Positions 58,522-64,000 of a DNA stretch of 64,000 bases are shown one piece after another. Below the pieces are notes generated by a model. That model had not been told where the DNA came from and searched no databases. It was given only the letters and a program-made list of their open reading frames with translations. The DNA comes from a virus. The translations under genes and the position numbers were made by a program. The DNA is taken from positions 28,344-92,343 of the IMG/VR virus record IMGVR_UViG_3300042377_000625. The stretch is one strand, 5' to 3'. Position 1 is the first letter of the stretch. The number at the start of each line of letters is the position of its first letter.

Positions 58522-59474
58522 TATTTTATTAAATTAATATTATATGCGTAAATTAATCCGATATCGTTAGACCCTAAAGTATCCTCAATTATAAAGTTGT
58601 TTGATTTTAGTATATCTAAAACTTCATCGTAAATTTCTTTTGAGTGGTATTCCATTGCAATTTTACCAATATTATTTTGTAAATATTCTTTATCAATTGT
58701 TCGGAATAAATCCAACTCACCACCTTCACAATCAACTTTTAAAAAATCAATTCTGTCGATATCGTAGTCAGAAATTAATTGGTTAATAGTGATAGTCTCA
58801 ACAATCTCTTCACCAATCACTGTTGATGGGTGAAACCCACTTTCGTTTTTTTGTGAAAAATTATTACCATTAACTTCGGTTATCATAAATTTCTCAAACC
58901 CATTCTCATTACTAACCGCCTTATTAATACAAGTTACTCCGTGTTCGGAAAGATTCTTTTTCATACTTTTAAATGTAGCCTTAAGAGGTTCTACCGCATA
59001 AACGTTAGATGGGTTAAACATTTGTGAGTATAATGAGAATACTCCGTAATTCGCCCCAATATCAACAACCGTATCATTGATGCTAAGTCTAACAAAATCC
59101 CTCTCATATACTTTATCGTAAAAAATCTCAGTAACAATTGGAAATAAATCATCCCCCAAGTGAGATAATTTAACTTGTTTTGAGTTAATTACTAAAAATC
59201 TATTTTGACCAAATAGTTTTAATTCCTGAGAATATTGTAGGTCACCATACATAATGGATAAGGTTATGTTTCTAAGTCTTTTTGCGTTAGATTCACCAGT
59301 CGATATCCACCAATTGGTTCCTTTTCGTAACCCCATGTTTGATTTATGTACGGTTAATCCCGTATTGTTATCAATAATTGAGACCTCGTATATTTCTTTT
59401 ATGTCATCACCATTAAAGTCAAAATGGATTATACCATTCTCTTCAATATTAGTTACTGTAAAAATATTATTCAT
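58521..59474 (-). CDS. FkbM-family methyltransferase with an N-terminal beta domain
   Basis: VVDIGANYGVFS, AVEP, FLKVDCEGGE, MEYH. Confidence 0.9.
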   Translation of the reverse strand: MNNIFTVTNIEENGIIHFDFNGDDIKEIYEVSIIDNNTGLTVHKSNMGLRKGTNWWISTGESNAKRLRNITLSIMYGDLQYSQELKLFGQNRFLVINSKQVKLSHLGDDLFPIVTEIFYDKVYERDFVRLSINDTVVDIGANYGVFSLYSQMFNPSNVYAVEPLKATFKSMKKNLSEHGVTCINKAVSNENGFEKFMITEVNGNNFSQKNESGFHPSTVIGEEIVETITINQLISDYDIDRIDFLKVDCEGGELDLFRTIDKEYLQNNIGKIAMEYHSKEIYDEVLDILKSNNFIIEDTLGSNDIGLIYAYNINLIK

Positions 59475-59475
59475 A

Positions 59476-60501
59476 TTATATGTGTATAAATTCGTTATGG
59501 ATTATTTGTTTGTTTAATGTCACCTCAACTCTGAATTTTTTGAACTCATTAATTTCGTGAAATATAATTGATGACGGCCACACAAAATAAGTTGTTTTGG
59601 GTAGAATGTTTAAAAATGTTTCATAAATTTGGTCCCCTGTCTGTCCATCAAAAAATCTAAAATTTAGTGATTGTGGTTTAGTTATATTTTTAATATAAAA
59701 TTTATTCTCATTTCTAATAAAATCAATTGTAAATTCATTTGAGGAGATATCAATTGATTCGTGTAAAATTGGTTTTTCCAAACCACGACTTTCGTAAAAG
59801 TTTTCTGAATATTTTAAAGAGTTGGTTTTATCGTCCCAAATAAATGAACAACCACCGACAAATCTTTGTTGTTGGTAACTGATTTTTTCTTTAGACCTAC
59901 TATCCTCATTTAACCAAGAATAATGTTTAACCCATGCAATATCTCTTGGTATCGAAATTGTTGGTTTAGATTCAAAAGTTTCACCATCGTTATATAAGAT
60001 ATGGTTGTCAAAATAAAAATGAGTTATCCCTCCATTCCTATTGGTTCTAAAAATTCTTGGTGGACAGAAACCATCCACCCATAACTGTTTTGTAAATGTG
60101 TAATTTTTAAGGTTAACCGAATACCAATCGTATTGAGGTGTTTCCTGAATAAAATTTAAAATATTTCTAATTTCGTCTTCGGTGTAAAACTCATCAGAAT
60201 CCACAATCCAAACTAAATCACAATTATTCTTTAAGACATGTAAAACATTATTCTTACTCTCATTTTCACCAAACAATGATTTCATTCCTGTGGTGATTAA
60301 AAAGTCTAATTCATAATTTATTAATTTAGTTAGAGTCTCTTTATTCTTTGGTTTAAATCCAAAATTAATATATTCCTGGTACATACCACTATTACAACCA
60401 ATAGTAATGTCTAATTCATTTTTTAAGTTTATCCAAGGACGTAAACACTCATCAATATATTCTTCGGAGTTGTATGCGGAAAGTAATATTCCTATTTTCA
60501 T
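59476..60501 (-). CDS. GT2-like glycosyltransferase
   Basis: LLSAYNSEEYI, WIVDSDEFY, KHYSW. Confidence 0.75.
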   Translation of the reverse strand: MKIGILLSAYNSEEYIDECLRPWINLKNELDITIGCNSGMYQEYINFGFKPKNKETLTKLINYELDFLITTGMKSLFGENESKNNVLHVLKNNCDLVWIVDSDEFYTEDEIRNILNFIQETPQYDWYSVNLKNYTFTKQLWVDGFCPPRIFRTNRNGGITHFYFDNHILYNDGETFESKPTISIPRDIAWVKHYSWLNEDSRSKEKISYQQQRFVGGCSFIWDDKTNSLKYSENFYESRGLEKPILHESIDISSNEFTIDFIRNENKFYIKNITKPQSLNFRFFDGQTGDQIYETFLNILPKTTYFVWPSSIIFHEINEFKKFRVEVTLNKQIIHNEFIHI

Positions 60502-61439
60502 ATAATTTCTAAAATTTTATTAAACACTTGCTCAACTGAGGGATGGCACTCAAATGTTGGTTTATTTTCTAAACAATTAATTAAAGGTGGTACCCCTTGG
60601 ATATCCCCCCATTCTTTAACTCCGTATTTTATATCTGAACCACAAAACAGACTACAACCACCACCAACATAATGGTATTTATATTCTTGTGAATTATTTC
60701 GATATGGGGCTCTAAATTCGTAATTGATAGAACTTCCTAATTGAATGATTTCTGAATCAGTTGTTCCTGCTAAATGAAGTAATCCTGAATCCATTGTGAC
60801 AAAACACAATGATTTATTAATTAAATGCCACGATTGACTTAATGTGGTTTTATTCATTAAATTAAGGCCATTTTTAATCTCAAAATTAAAAATTGGTTTT
60901 TTAACATTAAAAAATCCAACCTCACTTGAGTCTTTACCAACTGAAATTACACTAATATTATGGTCGTTTAATTTTTTACTTAATTCCATCCATTTAACCG
61001 CATCCCAAGTTCTGCTTGGCCAATTTTGGACGGGGTGTATTAGTACATATTTCTCAGGTAATCCTTTAATTGGTTCATACTCATCAGGAATATAATCAAT
61101 ATTCATTTCATCTTTGGTTAACATAAAACCAAGTTTAATTGCGTGATATTGTCTAATGTCAATACGGTTATGTTTAAACTCAACTCCTCGGTTATTTTTT
61201 TGTCCATTCTCATAAAATGAATTATGAGTTATAAAATTAGATTTAATGAAATCTAAATTAACCGAATTCGAGTGGTAAACCTTTTCAACCAAAGGATGAT
61301 TTTTAAATAATTCAGGGAAATTAGTTACAACGGTAACTTTTGAGTCATATGATTGATGTAGTTTTCTAAGTACGGGGGTTGAGCAAAGGGTATCCCCGAT
61401 TGCCTTTGCTTCCGATAAATCAAGACATATTTTTTTCAT
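60498..61439 (-). CDS. GT9 (heptosyltransferase-like) glycosyltransferase
   Basis: IGDTLCSTPVLRKL, SRTW..W, FVTMDSGLLHLA; C-terminal CSLFC...C...FECHP. Confidence 0.85.
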   Translation of the reverse strand: MKKICLDLSEAKAIGDTLCSTPVLRKLHQSYDSKVTVVTNFPELFKNHPLVEKVYHSNSVNLDFIKSNFITHNSFYENGQKNNRGVEFKHNRIDIRQYHAIKLGFMLTKDEMNIDYIPDEYEPIKGLPEKYVLIHPVQNWPSRTWDAVKWMELSKKLNDHNISVISVGKDSSEVGFFNVKKPIFNFEIKNGLNLMNKTTLSQSWHLINKSLCFVTMDSGLLHLAGTTDSEIIQLGSSINYEFRAPYRNNSQEYKYHYVGGGCSLFCGSDIKYGVKEWGDIQGVPPLINCLENKPTFECHPSVEQVFNKILEII

Positions 61440-61531
61440 AAGTAAAATATAAAATAAAAACTCAAAAATTATACCCCAAGTTTAGTTAATTATCTATTTA
61501 TGGTAAACCGTTCAGGTGTATATTTATAGTA

Positions 61532-62125
61532 ATGCAATCAATTGAAATACTTTCGTTTACTGGTGTTAGTCCGTATACCATTACAATTTGTGATGTTACG
61601 TTAACTTATTGCTATGTAGTTGCGACAGGTGTTTCTTCAGCTCCAATTACCGTTACAGTACCAACATTATTACAACCTGCAGCCCAAATAATATTAAAAG
61701 TAACCGATAGTACGTCGTGTGATTATTTCCAAATAATATCTTGTATTACTCCCACACCAACACCGACACCAACACCAACACCGACACCATCACCAACACA
61801 TGGTGATTGTGATTGTATTGGATTTAACAATTTATATGGTAATCTAAATTACCCAATTAGTTTAACACAGTGTGATGGTACTATATTAAACACTGTGGTA
61901 TATTCAGGAACTTCGGTTTATTATTGTGGTAGTCAACCAGTTGCGGGGTCTGATGTTACAATTACTATTGGTTTACCTTGTATTAATAACACATGTCCTA
62001 CACCTACACCACCTGGACCAACGCCAACTCCGACACCTACACCAACAACAGGGAGTAACTACCTATCACAAGAAGATTTATTCCTAATCTTACAAGAAAA
62101 TGGGGGTAGAATAATCATTACATAA
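61532..62125 (+). CDS. Putative fibre adaptor protein, Cys/Pro-Thr-rich (paralog of 33190)
   Basis: N-domain shared with 33190; C-terminal YLSQEDLFLILQENG; late motif at 61521. Confidence 0.6.
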   Translation: MQSIEILSFTGVSPYTITICDVTLTYCYVVATGVSSAPITVTVPTLLQPAAQIILKVTDSTSCDYFQIISCITPTPTPTPTPTPTPSPTHGDCDCIGFNNLYGNLNYPISLTQCDGTILNTVVYSGTSVYYCGSQPVAGSDVTITIGLPCINNTCPTPTPPGPTPTPTPTPTTGSNYLSQEDLFLILQENGGRIIIT

Positions 62126-62165
62126 TAAACACAATAATCTAAAGTATAATATTTATAACTAAACT

Positions 62166-63329
62166 ATGGCAGATTTACCAATATCCTCACTCCCCTTAGC
62201 ATCAACAGGTTATTCAGACTCGTTGTTGGCAATCGTTAATTATAACCCTATAAGTTCTGGAAGGACTGAAGCAATATATTTTTCATCATTTACGGGTTCT
62301 AATATTAGTATTTCGGCAAATACGGGGTTAGGTGTTGATGGTGGTGTATTATACACAACTTATAATACCTTATTAGACCCTACGATTTCTATGGCAAGTG
62401 CCGTTGGTGGATTATCAGGAGGAACCACCGTTGCTCAATTATCGGGTAAAACTTTTGTTTCGTTGTTTGACGAGTTACTATTCCCGACAGAACCCCCAAC
62501 ATATACAATACCAACAATATCAATAGGAGGTGTATCAAATTCAACTGTTGAGGTTGGGTCAAATCTCACCTCAAATATAACGGTTTCTGCGGTTAAAAAT
62601 GATGCAGGAATTTATAATCAACTTAGGATTTTTAGAGATGGGACACCGATTTTAACTGACACAACATTATCAAGTTCATCGGCAACAGACATACCAGCAC
62701 AATTCGGTTATACGGATTTAAACAATCCAAATTCGGGATTCACAATAAGTCCATCCCCATATACCGATAGTTATACTATACCAGCACCAACAGGTGGTAA
62801 TCAGTCTACGACAACAACTTATAATGCCGATGGTAATTATCTTGCGGGAGTTGTTAAAAAAAATAATAAAGGTGTTAATGATACTCGAACCCCGTTAGTT
62901 AGAAGTACTAACGCACCTCAAGACTCGTCAAATAATTTTGCAACTTCGGTGGTGACGTATACAGGTATCTATCCATTTTTCTATGGGGTATCAAGTACAT
63001 TACCAAACGCAAGTAGTATCTCAAGTGCAATACAAGCAAACTCGGCAAATAAAGTTCTATCTTCCGCATCAGGAACTATTAATATCACATTCGCCGCATC
63101 GTCCGAATATCTATGGTTTGCTCACTTTTCAAATTATACTGACAAAACTGTTTGGTTTGTTGACTCATTGAATAGTGGTGGTATTGGTGGAAGTGGTAAT
63201 TTATTTGGGTCACCGATAATTCAATCGGTTACAAGTCCTAGCAGCTACTGGAGTAGCATAAATTTTGATATTTATATTTCTAATTATCAAACAACTACAA
63301 CGGGCGTAATGCAACTAAGAAATTCTTAA
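62166..63329 (+). CDS. Putative tail fibre/virion structural protein
   Basis: MADLPISSLP fibre-type N-terminus; Ser/Thr-rich beta domains; late motif at 62150. Confidence 0.6.
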   Translation: MADLPISSLPLASTGYSDSLLAIVNYNPISSGRTEAIYFSSFTGSNISISANTGLGVDGGVLYTTYNTLLDPTISMASAVGGLSGGTTVAQLSGKTFVSLFDELLFPTEPPTYTIPTISIGGVSNSTVEVGSNLTSNITVSAVKNDAGIYNQLRIFRDGTPILTDTTLSSSSATDIPAQFGYTDLNNPNSGFTISPSPYTDSYTIPAPTGGNQSTTTTYNADGNYLAGVVKKNNKGVNDTRTPLVRSTNAPQDSSNNFATSVVTYTGIYPFFYGVSSTLPNASSISSAIQANSANKVLSSASGTINITFAASSEYLWFAHFSNYTDKTVWFVDSLNSGGIGGSGNLFGSPIIQSVTSPSSYWSSINFDIYISNYQTTTTGVMQLRNS

Positions 63330-63333
63330 AGAT

Positions 63334-64000
63334 ATGGGTATTATAATAAATGATAATTTAACAACTTTTTCACCAAAACCATTAGATAGTAGGTTTGGGC
63401 CATATTCTAGTACAACATTTGCTAACACCAGTGTTATTACCGCAAATAGATATATTGGATTAACTGTGGGTATTTTAACGGGAGTAACTGATATTGTTGA
63501 ATATTGGTATCTTAGTGGTATTACCGACTTAGATTTAGTCTTAAAAACCTCAGGTGGTGGAACTGGTACTTCAGGAACTTCAGGAACCTCAGGGTCAAGT
63601 GGTGAAAGCGGAACTTCAGGAGAGAATGGAACTTCAGGCGAGAATGGAACTTCAGGCGAGAATGGAACTTCAGGCGAGAATGGAACTTCAGGTGAGAATG
63701 GAACTTCGGGTGAGAATGGAACTTCGGGAGAGAATGGAACTTCGGGTGAAAGTGGAACTTCGGGAGAGAATGGAACTTCGGGTGAGAGCGGTACTAGCGG
63801 ATTAAGTGGTACTTCAGGTGAAAGCGGAACTTCAGGTGAAAGCGGAACTTCGGGAGAGAATGGAACATCAGGTGAGAATGGAACTTCAGGTGAGAATGGA
63901 ACTTCAGGTGAGAGCGGTACTTCAGGTGAGAGCGGTACTTCAGGTGAGAGCGGTACTAGCGGATTAAGTGGAACTTCAGGTGAAAGAGGAACTAGCGGAT
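63334..64000 (+). CDS. Third Gly-X-Y repeat fibre protein (GEN/GES type), 3'-truncated by the window end
   Basis: Manual translation from ATG 63334: MGIIINDNLTTFSPKPLDSRFGPY...GTSGENGTSGES...; no stop codon, so absent from the ORF track. Confidence 0.85.
   Translation, partial: MGIIINDNLTTFSPKPLDSRFGPYSSTTFANTSVITANRYIGLTVGILTGVTDIVEYWYLSGITDLDLVLKTSGGGTGTSGTSGTSGSSGESGTSGENGTSGENGTSGENGTSGENGTSGENGTSGENGTSGENGTSGESGTSGENGTSGESGTSGLSGTSGESGTSGESGTSGENGTSGENGTSGENGTSGESGTSGESGTSGESGTSGLSGTSGERGTSG

Noticed and set aside
1-64000. Stop-codon reassignment as seen in some jumbo phages
   Set aside because: Genes are mostly full length and densely packed under the standard code
1-64000. tRNA, rRNA, integrase, transposase or intron
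   Set aside because: None recognisable by eye; intergenic gaps are short; tRNAscan or Infernal would be needed to exclude them formally

Overview
AT-rich segment of a large T4-like (gp23-type capsid) jumbo phage genome read in the standard genetic code. The host is probably a Bacteroidota: there are TAnnTTTG promoters, no obvious Shine-Dalgarno sites and an Ala|Gln signal peptide. Gene order: scaffold and major capsid protein; putative packaged head proteins (annexin-like, peptidoglycan-binding, OmpA-like); mgsA; baseplate spike genes; a gp55-like late sigma factor; a first glycosylation/nucleotide-metabolism cluster (glycosyltransferases, PhoH, MaoC, acyltransferase, methyltransferase, aminotransferase, dUTPase, exonuclease, cytidylyltransferase); a WYL protein; Cys-rich and LamG virion proteins; two giant (2550 and 3117 aa) proline-free Gly-X-Y Ser/Thr repeat fibre proteins; a convergent 9-gene glycosylation operon containing an Aah/TibC-like serine O-heptosyltransferase; and the start of a third Gly-X-Y fibre. 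The best candidate for a new system is phage-encoded hyperglycosylation of giant Ser-rich collagen-like virion fibres. A structured ncRNA candidate (2952-3066) and a TATTTAT late-promoter motif are also notable. All calls come from reading motifs by eye; no searches were run.
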